Both the position numbers and the translations under genes were made by a program. Shown in pieces: positions 47,291 through 58,042 of a DNA stretch of 64,000 bases. This stretch comes from a virus: the IMG/VR virus record IMGVR_UViG_3300031111_000002, positions 3,535 through 67,534 of that record. One strand, given 5' to 3'. A model generated the notes under the pieces. The model saw only the letters and a program-made list of their open reading frames with translations. It did not search any database and was not told the DNA's origin. Within the stretch, counting starts at the first letter, position 1, and each line of letters starts with the position of its first letter.

Positions 47291-48373
47291 TGGTTCCCTC
47301 CCAATCGCTGCACCAGCAGAACCCGTCCTTCTGTCCATTCGTAATCGCAGTCCAGACACAAGCATAGTTTTTCTAGGTCGTCTGAATACATCCAGTCGAT
47401 ATTATCCGACCCGCATTTAGTACAAAGCATCACACCGCATCCTCTACAGGGTATTTGCAACCGTTCTCACATCGTTCGATCACGTTGCCGTTGCTTGCCA
47501 GTTCTCTCGAGATCCCTTTGCCTCCGCAGACCGGGCAGCGGCTTATAACCGAAGTATCCGAAAGAAACTTTTTGCAAGGATGGTTTTCGTCTTGCTGGTC
47601 GAGTGCCATTTGTTTCAGGTAACTCAACATCTGGTTCGCGCAAACCTTCCATCCGAACCGAGCCATGAGTCCGCTTATGCGAGTCCGTAGTTTTTCATCC
47701 TGAACTTCATTGACATATTCTTCTTCAGTCATTGTGAAAACCGATTCCGGATACGGATTATCAGGGAACCATTCAGGGAAACCGTCTTCAGGTAATTCCA
47801 ATTCGATCACGACCTTCAAGGTCTTCTTCCTGCATTTTGCTTCAATGTTTACGTCTTCAGTCATTAGTCCTCCTAGTTTGCGTAGTTTGCTGCGAGTATC
47901 AACAATGCCAAGACAGAGCAAAGAGACACTGCAACAAAGAATCCGTGCCAATAATGCATGGAGTTAACAGCATCCATCATTTTCTTTGCTTCGTCGTCAA
48001 GTTCAATCTTCATTAATCCTCCATCATTTTCTTCGACTGGTTATACAATTCATTCATAAAGCATCCTTCAGTGCAGCAGTCTTCAGGTTCATTTGCCCAG
48101 CCGCACGTATATTGACAAACGTAAGTTTTCATTTCCTCGATACATTTGTTGAGCAAGATTTTCAAACTTGCGATTTTGAAAGCCATCGTCGAGGTCTGCA
48201 TTGCGTGAATAAGCATCATTTACGTCTTGGTGATTTTCATGCTCGGACATTCGCCGGCTTTGATCCAAGCCAGTCAGACGCTTTCACGTTGAACGTTATC
48301 TTCAACATTGCAGGTTTGCCCTTTGCGAATTCGTCCTCGTATGGAACTACTTCCTGAATGTCAATATGCTTCA

Positions 48374-49012
48374 TCATTCCTCGCCATCAAAGCGATGCTT
48401 GTGACATGCCACCTTGCATTTACCCCGGCTGTGAGTTGTAGGACTGTATCCGCAGATGCAATCAGGTTCTTTCGTTTTGCTGAACCGGTCTGGCGCCTCG
48501 TCGGAGAATCTACAATTGTCGCAAGTTCGTTTCAGTTTCATAGTTTTGATATTCAATCCAGTGTCGATGCCAGCACCTACACTTATGTTTTTCAAATTGA
48601 AGTTATGGATGTCGTTCACCGCGATCCGTTTGAGACGGTCAGCCAAGTTGGAAATCTCAAAGTAGATTGGTTCCAGACGGGATTCGATTTCGGAAATACT
48701 AATTTGACTTTCATTAGTAGTTTCTTCAGGTTTGTCCGGAGCCATGTACGGCAGTTTACAGAATGCACAGTGCTTATCGGATCCAGTTTGAACAAAGCAT
48801 CCGCAATTAGGACAGCAATGAGTATCCTTGAATTGAGTCCAAGGTTGCGGTTCAGAAATTGCGAACGGGACGAAATCCACTCCCGAGAATCCCCCAGACG
48901 TTGTTCCACAGTTGTCACAAGAAACTTCCTGGAGTATCCCGTTGTTTTTTACTTCCACAGATCTTCGTATACCGGTTGAGTCACAGTATTCACACTTGGT
49001 TATTGATTGCAT
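48374..49012 (-). CDS. Cys-rich hypothetical protein
   Basis: Multiple CxxC pairs. Confidence 0.55.
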   Translation of the reverse strand: MQSITKCEYCDSTGIRRSVEVKNNGILQEVSCDNCGTTSGGFSGVDFVPFAISEPQPWTQFKDTHCCPNCGCFVQTGSDKHCAFCKLPYMAPDKPEETTNESQISISEIESRLEPIYFEISNLADRLKRIAVNDIHNFNLKNISVGAGIDTGLNIKTMKLKRTCDNCRFSDEAPDRFSKTKEPDCICGYSPTTHSRGKCKVACHKHRFDGEE

Positions 49013-49240
49013 TTCTCACCTCGATTCATTACGTGAGCATATTGCTCGATCCAGTTCACGTCCTTCATATGCGGTCTTGCCTTCTTGACAAGTTCCTCGA
49101 GGTAGTGCAACCGTTCCTTCATATTGCAGAGCTCGATATGCGCTTCGTGCATTAGATCAGAGCCTTCTAGCAGACGTTCATGGATGTTTTTCTTCTTTGG
49201 CATAATTCCCCCTTGCGTTTAGTTAGATATTGTTTTATAA

Positions 49241-49313
49241 TGGGGATCTGGAACGCCCCATAGCACGTCGAATGAACTCACCTCCATTCAGATGCTATCC
49301 CCAAGGGGCGTTT
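49241..49313. ncRNA. Putative structured RNA element (nested stems with alternative/pseudoknot pairing)
   Basis: AACGCCCC/GGGGCGTT, ATAGCA/TGCTAT, GAATG/CATTC and TGGGGAT/ATCCCCA pairings in intergenic DNA. Confidence 0.45.
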
Positions 49314-49321
49314 TCCGTTTG

Positions 49322-49822
49322 TTATGTTCCTTTGAATAGTCCACGATCCTCAATGAAATTATCTATCTTGGAATGCAGTTCATGAATAGATCCGTCGTTG
49401 GTGAACACAGCGTCGAAGCATTTGAACTGATCCATCGAGTTTTCTGATCGGTGTCCATCCTCAAGACCTGTATTTCGTTCGATCTTGATTACGAAGCCGC
49501 CCATGTCTTTGATATTTACCACCTCGTTTGGATACCTCACGTCGCAGATAACCAGATTGTCATGGCCTTCATTGTAGAATAAAGCGTTTACCCATGACTC
49601 GTCGTCGATGTCACGAACGATATCCCCAAGCGCCTGAAGGTAGATTCGCTTCCGTTCCTTTTCGGCTGGATCCATTGTTGAGAAGTCAATACGCCAGATC
49701 ATAAACGCGATCTTCTTCAGTAAATCCGCGAACGCCACCTTCTTCAGACCATACTTCTGAGCAACGTACAAGCCGGCCGTATCCTTCCCTACCAGTTTCT
49801 TTCCGGCAAATCCGATAATCAT
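49322..49822 (-). CDS. Deoxynucleoside monophosphate kinase
   Basis: IIGFAG...GKDT, FAD.LK, R..LQ..G, DVRYPNE and H.SE motifs. Confidence 0.9.
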   Translation of the reverse strand: MIIGFAGKKLVGKDTAGLYVAQKYGLKKVAFADLLKKIAFMIWRIDFSTMDPAEKERKRIYLQALGDIVRDIDDESWVNALFYNEGHDNLVICDVRYPNEVVNIKDMGGFVIKIERNTGLEDGHRSENSMDQFKCFDAVFTNDGSIHELHSKIDNFIEDRGLFKGT

Positions 49823-49845
49823 ATACCCTCCATCTTTAGTTATTC

Positions 49846-49922
49846 TGGTGGGCCTTGTCAGGATTGAACTGACGACCGCCCGGTTATGAGCCGGGTGCTC
49901 TGACCAGCTGAGCTAAAGGCCC
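49846..49922 (-). tRNA. tRNA with CAT anticodon, most likely tRNA-Ile2 (lysidine type)
   Basis: GGGCCTTTAGCTCAGCTGG..CCCGG CTCATAA CCGGG..GTTCAATCC..AGGCCCACCA; C4-G69 and C5-G68 as in Ile2 tRNAs; encoded CCA. Confidence 0.9.
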
Positions 49923-50479
49923 TTTTATTCATTCGTCTTTTTTCCTTGTGTCTGCTGAAGCCCATGCTGCCACCGCAATTAACGCGACTACTGTCAAAGC
50001 TGCTGTGGAATAGATCTTCAATATCATTAAAACTTCAGCAATCACTTGATAATTCCTTGATTTTCTTCCAGTTGATCTTCTTGCCGCATGAAGGGCAGTA
50101 GTTGAAGTGATGCATCATGTTCCGTCGTCGATCCAGTACCCGTGCAGGAAGATCCTTGACATCCGCAACGTCTACAAGTTTGTCACCTGAGAAAGCGTAT
50201 ACCAGACCAACTATGCAAAGGTGGTTCTCATCCATGTTCGCGAGCCCCGCAGCAAGCCCTATAATCGTCCTTCACCCGTATCCAAATCCATAAGCAATAG
50301 ATAGCTATTGCCAACCCTGTTAAAAGCAGTCCTCGTTTCATTTGCACCCCCTGTGTTTGTCTGTAAAGTCTTCAGCCCACTTGCACCAGTCCTCCACCGC
50401 CATCGGTAGTTCAAGTGGTTTCTCGGCCTTGCACCGTTCGCACCTGATTGATTGCGTCTTGGCATCGCATACCACCCAA

Positions 50480-50938
50480 TCACATTCCTTCATTATTCCT
50501 CCATTTTGCATAGAGTTCACATACCGTAGATTTCCCGTAGACGTTTTCGGTGGAGAAGACAACGCCTTTGCAGAACGCTTCCCCGTTTTCCATAATCGTG
50601 AACGGGTGTGAGGGCACGTTTACATGAACAGTCCAGCATGGCTCACCGTTGCCCGGAGTGTCGTTCCAGTTCGCAGAAACGCAGATCACGTTGCCGAATG
50701 TTCGACCGCATTCAGGACAAACTGCTGCAGAAACGATCTTACCTTCACTGATGTAAACGGTTGCCCCGTTGAAAGCACCAACCTCGTCGGAGATCGCGCC
50801 TTCAAATTCCAACAGATCGTCAGACATCCCATAAGCAACGACTACACCCTTGGGTAGATCCAGTTCGCGGATTCCACGTGCAGGGTATTCAATCCCGTCG
50901 ATCTTATGAGCGATTGCTTTCAAGATATCGTCAGTCAT
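50480..50938 (-). CDS. Conserved phage hypothetical protein
   Basis: VV.YG.SDDL.EF.GAI.DE..F.IME.GE.FC.G pattern. Confidence 0.65.
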   Translation of the reverse strand: MTDDILKAIAHKIDGIEYPARGIRELDLPKGVVVAYGMSDDLLEFEGAISDEVGAFNGATVYISEGKIVSAAVCPECGRTFGNVICVSANWNDTPGNGEPCWTVHVNVPSHPFTIMENGEAFCKGVVFSTENVYGKSTVCELYAKWRNNEGM

Positions 50939-51137
50939 TCTTCCCCCCAGTTATTGATGTTCAACTTGACCTTGATATAATCAAACCGTTCGTTGGTCGA
51001 GATCTCGGTTACGCTCAACCGTTCCTGAAGAAGAATGATCTGGTGGAGTTGGAACCCAGTCGCAAACATAAGGATCAACAGCGTGACGATGATTGCTTTG
51101 ATAGCCTTCTCGAGAGATTCGATCTTGTTTATCATAT

Positions 51138-51614
51138 TCATTGAGCGGGTTCCTTCTCAGTTTCTTCAGACGTCTGTTTCGCGACCGCTTCACGAACCCC
51201 GGCTACCATCATTCGCATTTGATCGGCGATCTTCGGGAAAACCTTACAGATTTGATCCAGATATTCGTCGCTGATGTTCGCGAGGTTTTCATTCGTGACA
51301 AGTTCTTCGTAGTCCTTCTTCCATTTCTCCGGAACGTTGAAGACCATTGTCATGTAGGTATTGTCAAACAGTTCATCGCTGTCCTCGACGTACTCAGGCA
51401 TCTCCCGGAGCTCTGCCAGTTCGTTCACGTATTCCAAACGGTTCATTCCGCCAGTACGCATGAGAACTTGAATCTTGTTGTTTCTGTCCGGGTGTTCCTC
51501 GTCATGCGTGAAGCAATCGCGGAACCTTGGATAGCAATCCGGATGCAACCCGAGCATAGGAAGGATCCAGAACGTTGCTTGACCGACTCCATTTGCAGCG
51601 TGGTACAAACTCAT
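51138..51614 (-). CDS. Hypothetical protein
   Basis: AAGGAG RBS; PRFRD..RTGG.NR motif. Confidence 0.65.
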   Translation of the reverse strand: MSLYHAANGVGQATFWILPMLGLHPDCYPRFRDCFTHDEEHPDRNNKIQVLMRTGGMNRLEYVNELAELREMPEYVEDSDELFDNTYMTMVFNVPEKWKKDYEELVTNENLANISDEYLDQICKVFPKIADQMRMMVAGVREAVAKQTSEETEKEPAQ

Positions 51615-52532
51615 GAATTTCTCCTTAGCGTTCTCAAATACGCCTCAACAACGTCCTTGGCGAACATCTGGAACACGTACAGGACGTACACGACGCCGCT
51701 GAATAAAGCCAGAATTACTGATCCGGTAAGTTCCATCACCGTCCATACGATGAACGTCGCGTAGGCCATTCTTAAAGTGCAGACAGAGCACTTTAAAAGT
51801 GCTTCGATGAATACTGCCAGCGTTTCTTTCAATTCGTTCATCGTTTCCTCCTTACGATCCCGTAGCGGCCTACGGTGTTTCCGTTCACGTCGCGGATCTT
51901 TCCATCGAAGGAACCGGCCTTTACCCGCTCGGTAATGTCGTTCAAGATCCTCGGGATTTCGACATAAGGCGAGTCGAATGCTGAGTTGTTCATTTCAAAC
52001 TCGATTTCAAAACTTTTCGACATTATCTCCCCCTTGCACGAAGTTCAACGGTTTGCCCTTCTCGATGTTGTCCAAGGCCATAACGACCTTATCCTTTGCT
52101 TCTTCCATGGAGGTTGTCCGGTGATCGACCATTACAGTAACCTCGTTGCCACCTCGCTTACCTTCCATCTTCAGCATTCCTGTTTTCATGTCATGTGATA
52201 CAGTGAATTTAGTATCCATTTTCCACCTCTCTAGTATCCTGAGATTTGTTTTATTCCCTGAACCGCGTTTTCCTCGAAACGATATCGAAGCGCTTCAGTG
52301 ATTTGTATTCTTTCTGTTCTGTTGAACGGATATTCGATCCCGTTCACTTCAATGCGATAGTCGTAGGCCTTGACGTGTATCTCTTTGGTTGAGGCGTTTT
52401 TCAGACGAACCTTACCGCGAAGTGTCGATGCCACTTGCCAAGGGCTTTGAGTTTGCCTGAGTGTTCTGCATATCCATTCGGCAAACGGGCGCACGTCTTC
52501 TTTGAACATGTCAGCAAAGTCCTTAAACGGAT

Positions 52533-52811
52533 TCATTGCATTTCCCCCATGTCGTAAACGTGCCAGACCAGCTGACCGATTTTCGTAGGCACCTGAAGCG
52601 TTCCGAGATACGTCCCGCAGATTTCAGTGTGCTGATGCCCGGTTCCATATACCCGCAGACATCTTGCGACTATTGGAACGTCCACGTCGCATTCAAACCA
52701 GATCGTAGGATATTCCCCTTGGTATTGAACCGAGATGATCTTCGACCCCTTCGGTATGTCAACTTGTACGTCGTCAGTGATTGAGAATTGCTGTTTCCAG
52801 ATTGCCTTCAT
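52533..52811 (-). CDS. Small conserved phage protein (DUF7352-like)
   Basis: IWK..P....Q....W...YGTGH...YLGT.Q...LVWHVY. Confidence 0.65.
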   Translation of the reverse strand: MKAIWKQQFSITDDVQVDIPKGSKIISVQYQGEYPTIWFECDVDVPIVARCLRVYGTGHQHTEICGTYLGTLQVPTKIGQLVWHVYDMGEMQ

Positions 52812-53509
52812 TTACCCTCCCCGAACAATGTTACCTGACCCCTTGCGTCAGCGTGTTTCTTCCGTTTGATGTTTCGTTTATCCTTGAATTCAGTGCAGAT
52901 CGTTCTCCCGTCGCGGTATCGCCGCCACTGGTCAACCCGCTCACCGCACAGCACTTGCCCCAAGATCTTGCAAGGACGTTTGTAGAACATGTCCTTCGTG
53001 CAGTTCCGGCAGTACTCATATTCAAACCCGAGCCCGTCGTCACTGTTCGATGGAAGCCACCTGTAATAACCTTCCTCGTTATAACGATCCGATTCAGATA
53101 CAGATTTCTTCTTTATGTTCAATCAGTCCTTGATTTCGACCATTAATCGTCAGATCCCTTCGCAGTTGCTGATGCAGATACAATCGGGCAGCATACGCTT
53201 TTGATGATCCCCAAGCACAGGAACAGCCATGCAGTATCCCAGAATCCAATGACTTGCCATTTCTCCGGAAGGAAATCGAAGTAAAAGGTTCCGATCCCCA
53301 TGACATTCCATCCGAAGTAAAAAGGGATAGCCATCGAGACATTCACGAAAGCGCTGATTGCCCAGCCGATGAAAGGTAGTGCGTTGATGTTCATTTGTCC
53401 CGTTTCCTCATTTGACATTCGCCGACCATTTCGGCCACGAGTTACCAGCCGGCTCGTAGATAGACGTTTTTGAATTGAGATTTCACTACCGCGTATGTGT
53501 AGGATTCAC

Positions 53510-54001
53510 TCATGAGATTGACCCTTTCATAAGTTTGATCCCGTCCGGATTCGTCATGAGATCCATCAGGGTAGTATTGCCAGTAAGCATGACCCTTCCG
53601 AAGCGTTCGTCGTTTTCGATTTCTCCGATCCAGTTCGACCAGTTGTTGTTCACCAAGTCGATGAAGTCCTGACCCGATCCACGTTGCGCGTACCGCTTCA
53701 TGTAGACGCCGCGTGAAGCAATTTCTGGATACACAACACAGAATGATATCCCGTCTGCAATCAAGGCCTCACGAACGATCTTATGAGTCGATACGAAGAC
53801 GATATCGGCCACTTCAATCATGTCCTTGATATGCTCGATGTAGTTCTTTGGGAAGAATGGATGTTTACTCCCGTTTTCTGTTTTCGAGAATCGACTACTG
53901 TCCGAGTCGACAGTTTTCAGCGGCATGTTCTGGTGAGCAAACGTTTTGCCTACACCCGGGAACCCCGCTATTACCAGCCCTTTCTGTTTGTTCATTATCA
54001 T
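53510..54001 (-). CDS. P-loop kinase-like protein
   Basis: VIAGFPGVGKT, DSDSS.F, FP.NYI and VSTH motifs. Confidence 0.75.
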   Translation of the reverse strand: MIMNKQKGLVIAGFPGVGKTFAHQNMPLKTVDSDSSRFSKTENGSKHPFFPKNYIEHIKDMIEVADIVFVSTHKIVREALIADGISFCVVYPEIASRGVYMKRYAQRGSGQDFIDLVNNNWSNWIGEIENDERFGRVMLTGNTTLMDLMTNPDGIKLMKGSIS

Positions 54002-54009
54002 GTTTCACC

Positions 54010-54243
54010 TCAGTCCGTGTTGATGAAGACGAACTTCTGCAGAAATTCCTCTTTGTCTCGGCAAAACAATTGGTGTTTACCGGGTGAAGATCTTCGGTAG
54101 ATCACCATTTCCTTGCCGTCGTCCTTGTTCGTTGCGTTGATCGCATCTTCATACAGAACGGTATACAAGCGCCCAGTTTTGATATGCACCGCTTGTCTCG
54201 AGATTGGCTTTTCATTCAGTGTAATCCGTCTTTCTTTTGTCAT
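54010..54243 (-). CDS. DUF1653-like protein
   Basis: H.KTG..Y.V..MVIY..R..EF..KF. Confidence 0.7.
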   Translation of the reverse strand: MTKERRITLNEKPISRQAVHIKTGRLYTVLYEDAINATNKDDGKEMVIYRRSSPGKHQLFCRDKEEFLQKFVFINTD

Positions 54244-54534
54244 TCTTTCACCTCGATCGACTTGACGAGTTTCGCGTATCGAAGCACGTCTTCACGAAGA
54301 TCAGGAATTGATATCGTGTTTGCGAGTGACGTGAAGTATCGAGCCGCTTCATCCCGCTTCTGCTCATTCGTCAGATTGTCATATCCTTCCGGAGCGGATC
54401 CAGATCCACCTTCAAGATGGATTAGTGCAGCCAAATGATTGGTTGAAATTTTAACCGTATCGACCAAGTGCTGATGGTTGAGTTGCATCGCTTTTTCCGT
54501 CAGGCCGATCCTGTCAAGAATCAGGTTGAGTGCT

Positions 54535-54891
54535 TCAGCGTTCATTGTTCGTTTCCAGTTCGTCAGCAAACGCGAAGAAGTGTGAAGTATTGCCGTCCGG
54601 AAAGGTCACTTCCACAGGGTTGAAGCGGAACAATCCACCGCCAGCGTAATTGCAGGGCCCTTTCCCGGTAGAACCAATCGTTTGTGTTGATCCCGTCAGC
54701 CGTCCAACGCAGGAGAAAGCAACCATGCCGTTTGCCTCTTCACCGCCAGCGTCGATCCAATCCTGTACTTTGGCCACATGTTCACACGAAGGGCATTTGA
54801 ACTTCCATTGACGCCTGTCGTCCCCGTACAACTTCGTGCCCAGTTCATGCCATTCAGCTTCAGTCAGTTTCAGTTTGTTTTCAGCGCTCAT
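54535..54891 (-). CDS. VVA0879-like Zn-binding protein
   Basis: WKF.CP.C..CVGR..C.Y..GGLF. Confidence 0.7.
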   Translation of the reverse strand: MSAENKLKLTEAEWHELGTKLYGDDRRQWKFKCPSCEHVAKVQDWIDAGGEEANGMVAFSCVGRLTGSTQTIGSTGKGPCNYAGGGLFRFNPVEVTFPDGNTSHFFAFADELETNNER

Positions 54892-55234
54892 GTTTCGCCT
54901 CCGGCATTTTGAACCACAGAGAAAACAGATATGCCACACCTGCAGTTTTGTGTTCGTGCTTTGGTTCAAACGAAACAAGGCAAGCCTTTATGTGAGCAAG
55001 AGCCATGCCCTTGTCAATCCCGTCCTTCGGTTCCGGGATATCTTTTTTAGACAAACCTTCAAAGAACGCCTTTGTCGTCAGATCTGCCCAGTATCCCCTC
55101 ATTCGTCTGAAGTTTTCCGGAAGTTCATTGTATGGAGGTAAAAGTTCCCGCATGTTTCCACCAAAGGCGATTTCTGCTCCGGTGACTTCTTTTGGCTTGG
55201 CAAAGATTGATTCCAGTTTCAAAGTATTTTCCAT
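54881..55234 (-). CDS. Conserved phage hypothetical protein
   Basis: AFG..LP..SFEPKHEHK.AG.AYL..WF. Confidence 0.65.
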   Translation of the reverse strand: MENTLKLESIFAKPKEVTGAEIAFGGNMRELLPPYNELPENFRRMRGYWADLTTKAFFEGLSKKDIPEPKDGIDKGMALAHIKACLVSFEPKHEHKTAGVAYLFSLWFKMPEAKHER

Positions 55235-55511
55235 GTCTCACCTCTTTCAGATTTCAGTTTGTGTTCAGTCAGATTTGCTTTTCGACAACGATGCTTTGAA
55301 GATGCTTGCGAAGATTCCGAATTTCGTCGCTTGCCACCAAGTGATTGATGCCGGGATCAGGCCCTTCGCGACCAGTGCAGCAAACACGTCCGGAATGACG
55401 AGCCACCAACAGAACTTGATCCACAGCCCGAATGCAACAGCCCATAGTGCAGAAATCAGTACCACTCCGCCAATAATTGCAAATGCGTTCATGCTATTCC
55501 CCTTTCAGTTT

Positions 55512-56207
55512 TCAGATATGACAGTCAACCAGAACTACAACGTCGTCTGGATTCATATCGTCGATCACAGCGTTGTAGCCGTCATCCCACGCCTCAGCGT
55601 CCTCTGGCCGTTCGTCAGACATCCCAAACCAGCCCATATTGCCCTTTGTCATCCAGTTACCGTTATGAAGAACCGCAAACGTTCTTATTCGAATTTTGCC
55701 TTCTCCACACCTCTCGAGATCCTTCACCAGACAGATGTCCTTTTCCCCGTCCGGAGATTCGATCATTCCACTCCAGTGGCCTCCGATTTCGTACCAGTCC
55801 CATTTTGCGATAGGGTTCTTGAACGTTCCTCTTTCCAGCAGATTCTCCGGATTGACATCGAGGTTTCCAGTCCAGCTCGTGATGATACCTTCATAGTCGC
55901 TGGCGCCGTATCGTTCGGTATATTTATCCAGCAAGCCTTGAGTATGCGAGATTCGTTTCTCTTTGTGATAGAGATCTTCCTGCACCGTCATGTCGTCGAT
56001 CCGTGTTTGAAGACCGTCAATGATTTTCTTCGCGATTTCTTGAGCCGTGCCGGTGTAACGAGGAACGAACTTAGCCCGAGGATCATTCGCCAATTCTTCA
56101 CCAACCAAGTCGAGTTCCCAGAACGGATACAAAACCCGTGCTACAATCGCTTCGATAGGTTCGCGTGTTCTTTTACCAATGTTGACCAATACAGTGAAGT
56201 GGCTCAT
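55512..56207 (-). CDS. Conserved phage hypothetical protein
   Basis: MSHF.V.V, NP.AKWDWY.IGG.W.G, GWFG and VDCH motifs. Confidence 0.7.
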   Translation of the reverse strand: MSHFTVLVNIGKRTREPIEAIVARVLYPFWELDLVGEELANDPRAKFVPRYTGTAQEIAKKIIDGLQTRIDDMTVQEDLYHKEKRISHTQGLLDKYTERYGASDYEGIITSWTGNLDVNPENLLERGTFKNPIAKWDWYEIGGHWSGMIESPDGEKDICLVKDLERCGEGKIRIRTFAVLHNGNWMTKGNMGWFGMSDERPEDAEAWDDGYNAVIDDMNPDDVVVLVDCHI

Positions 56208-56677
56208 TATTCCCCCTTTTCCTTGATTACAGTGTTTATGATATCCGCTATCCGTTTTTTCCACGCAACCGCAGCATCCTTTTTCCCTGTGTATGGAGTT
56301 TTGCAATCGTACGGGTAGTTATCCGATTGAGGCATCAGGACTTGGCATTCCCGAGGCCGCTTGTTGAACGGAAGACGACATCCATCCTGTTTGCTGTGGA
56401 ACGTGCAAGGTCCTCCCCATGAGTAATCGAACAGTTTTCCTTCATTCCCTTTCGTTGCGGGTCGGATAAAGAACGTTCGCTTGATTTCCGGATCCAGTCC
56501 TTCAGCGTCACCTTCCCATGAGTCGATAGCGAAATCTCCGGACAACAATCCTTCAATCGCTTCCGTATTGGTCAGATCTTCGGGGAAGAAACTGCCCGGG
56601 AACGTTTGGCAGCAATTCCCTCCGCAGCGTTTACATACGTCGTAGTTGGTGTGATCGGATTCGATCAGATTGAGCAT
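56207..56677 (-). CDS. YkgJ/CxxCxxCC-family Fe-S or Zn cluster protein
   Basis: CKRCGGNCC..C.F...C.L...RP.EC. Confidence 0.75.
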   Translation of the reverse strand: MLNLIESDHTNYDVCKRCGGNCCQTFPGSFFPEDLTNTEAIEGLLSGDFAIDSWEGDAEGLDPEIKRTFFIRPATKGNEGKLFDYSWGGPCTFHSKQDGCRLPFNKRPRECQVLMPQSDNYPYDCKTPYTGKKDAAVAWKKRIADIINTVIKEKGE

Positions 56678-56699
56678 ATGGCCTCCTATATATATCTCT

Positions 56700-56954
56700 T
56701 TAGTGATGATGCACGAACACGAAGTAAATGACGTATATCCAACCGAGGAATCCATGAATGATGCACCAGAATATAGAATGGTTGGTGTGATAAGACAGGA
56801 TCATAGCAAGTATCTTAAACATGGACATTGATCCGATCCATTCGCCAATGATCCTAGTATTTTCAGATGACTTGGTTTCGGTATGTACAGTCGGTTTCGA
56901 TTCGTGCCTGGGAGGCCTGTTGTCAGAATGATTGGTAGCAGATTGGGTAGACAT
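56700..56954 (-). CDS. Small membrane protein
   Basis: LA..LS...N.SI.W.IIHG..GW.YVIY. Confidence 0.6.
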   Translation of the reverse strand: MSTQSATNHSDNRPPRHESKPTVHTETKSSENTRIIGEWIGSMSMFKILAMILSYHTNHSIFWCIIHGFLGWIYVIYFVFVHHH

Positions 56955-57171
56955 ATCAGCCCTCCACGGCTTCTCAGGGATCTTGCGTCCCTTCGGTGTT
57001 ATTGGTTGTCGTCGGTTTCAGATTTGTTGCGGACAGGCCTGATTTCGTCGTCCTCAGTCACCGTATGACCGGGAACAAAACACAAGGCCTTACCATTCCG
57101 GCTGTACGTTTCCACCAGCACGCCAGCGCCAGTGTCGTAGACCGAAGTAGTTTCATTCAGTTTGTTCCACT

Positions 57172-57423
57172 TCATTGTGGAGTGTTCTCCGGAGCCAGAG
57201 CCGGATTGGTCTGCCCGGGCATCGGAACAACGTTGTCGCCCTGTGGCGGAGCCGGCTGGGTTGCGGGATGATCGACCTGTTCCTGTTCCTTCTGGACGGG
57301 GAAACAACCGATAAGCAGGTTATGCCCCACGGCCTGCAGGATGCAATGCAGATCTCCAAGGGTAATCTTCGGGTCGAGTTTCGAGGTGTCAATGGGCGTT
57401 ACGTGGATGTTGTTCTGTTCCAT
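57172..57423 (-). CDS. Hypothetical protein, first gene of the leftward arm
   Basis: AAGGAGG RBS downstream of the promoter. Confidence 0.6.
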   Translation of the reverse strand: MEQNNIHVTPIDTSKLDPKITLGDLHCILQAVGHNLLIGCFPVQKEQEQVDHPATQPAPPQGDNVVPMPGQTNPALAPENTPQ

Positions 57424-57462
57424 AGCGCCCTCCTTTCGAATGATTTTTTTGTCACAACCATT

Positions 57463-57491
57463 TTTATACCCCGCCTTGTCCATGTTGTCAA
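57463..57491 (-). promoter_or_regulatory. sigma70 promoter driving the leftward arm
   Basis: TTGACA-17-TATAAA. Confidence 0.7.
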
Positions 57492-57539
57492 CAATGTCGT
57501 TAAACTTTTTTTCATAGACCACAGACCTGGAAGGATGAA

Positions 57540-57952
57540 TAGTGACGCAAGTGACATTAGTGACGCAAATTCCAAATCCTGTTTGACCTTTTTTGATTAG
57601 TGACGTTAGTGACGCAAGTGACACAAATTTCAGATCCTTATATGGTTTTTGTAAAACGTCAAAATCGACACTACGTCACCTATGTCACCTATGTCACTCG
57701 CTATGTCACTCTGAAAAACCCTGCCAATAAAACCTTTTGACTGTTTAGTGACGTTAGTGACATAAATCCCCCATTAAAGCTACATGAACAATTTTATTGA
57801 GTGATATGGTATACATATTGTTACTTTTACGTGTAAGGTGGTAATTAATAGGAAACTTACGTCACTTGTGTCACTCGACCCTTTGATTTCCTTGTTATAG
57901 TTGATTTTTTGTTAGTGACGTGTCGATTTTGTCTATGTCACCCTACGTCACT
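57540..57952. repeat. Iteron-like GTGAC/GTCAC array, putative replication origin
   Basis: About 9 GTGAC and 8 GTCAC copies, mostly at 9-bp period in oppositely oriented clusters, around an AT-rich core. Confidence 0.75.
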
Positions 57953-58042
57953 GTCTCGTTTTGAGACATATTGCCCTTGAATCCAGTTTTATCATTATTG
58001 CCGTCGCTGGACTTCTTTTCAATTGCCGGATATCATTCTTGC

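Noticed and set aside
49820-49846. tRNA-associated theta/HDV-like ribozyme
   Set aside because: Only about 23 nt separate the tRNA CCA from the next start codon; no such fold
55005-56318. 437-aa + strand ORF
   Set aside because: Antisense to several coupled - strand genes with recognisable motifs
57540-57952. Possible CRISPR array
   Set aside because: Repeats are 5-9 bp in both orientations without unique 30-40 bp spacers; no cas genes
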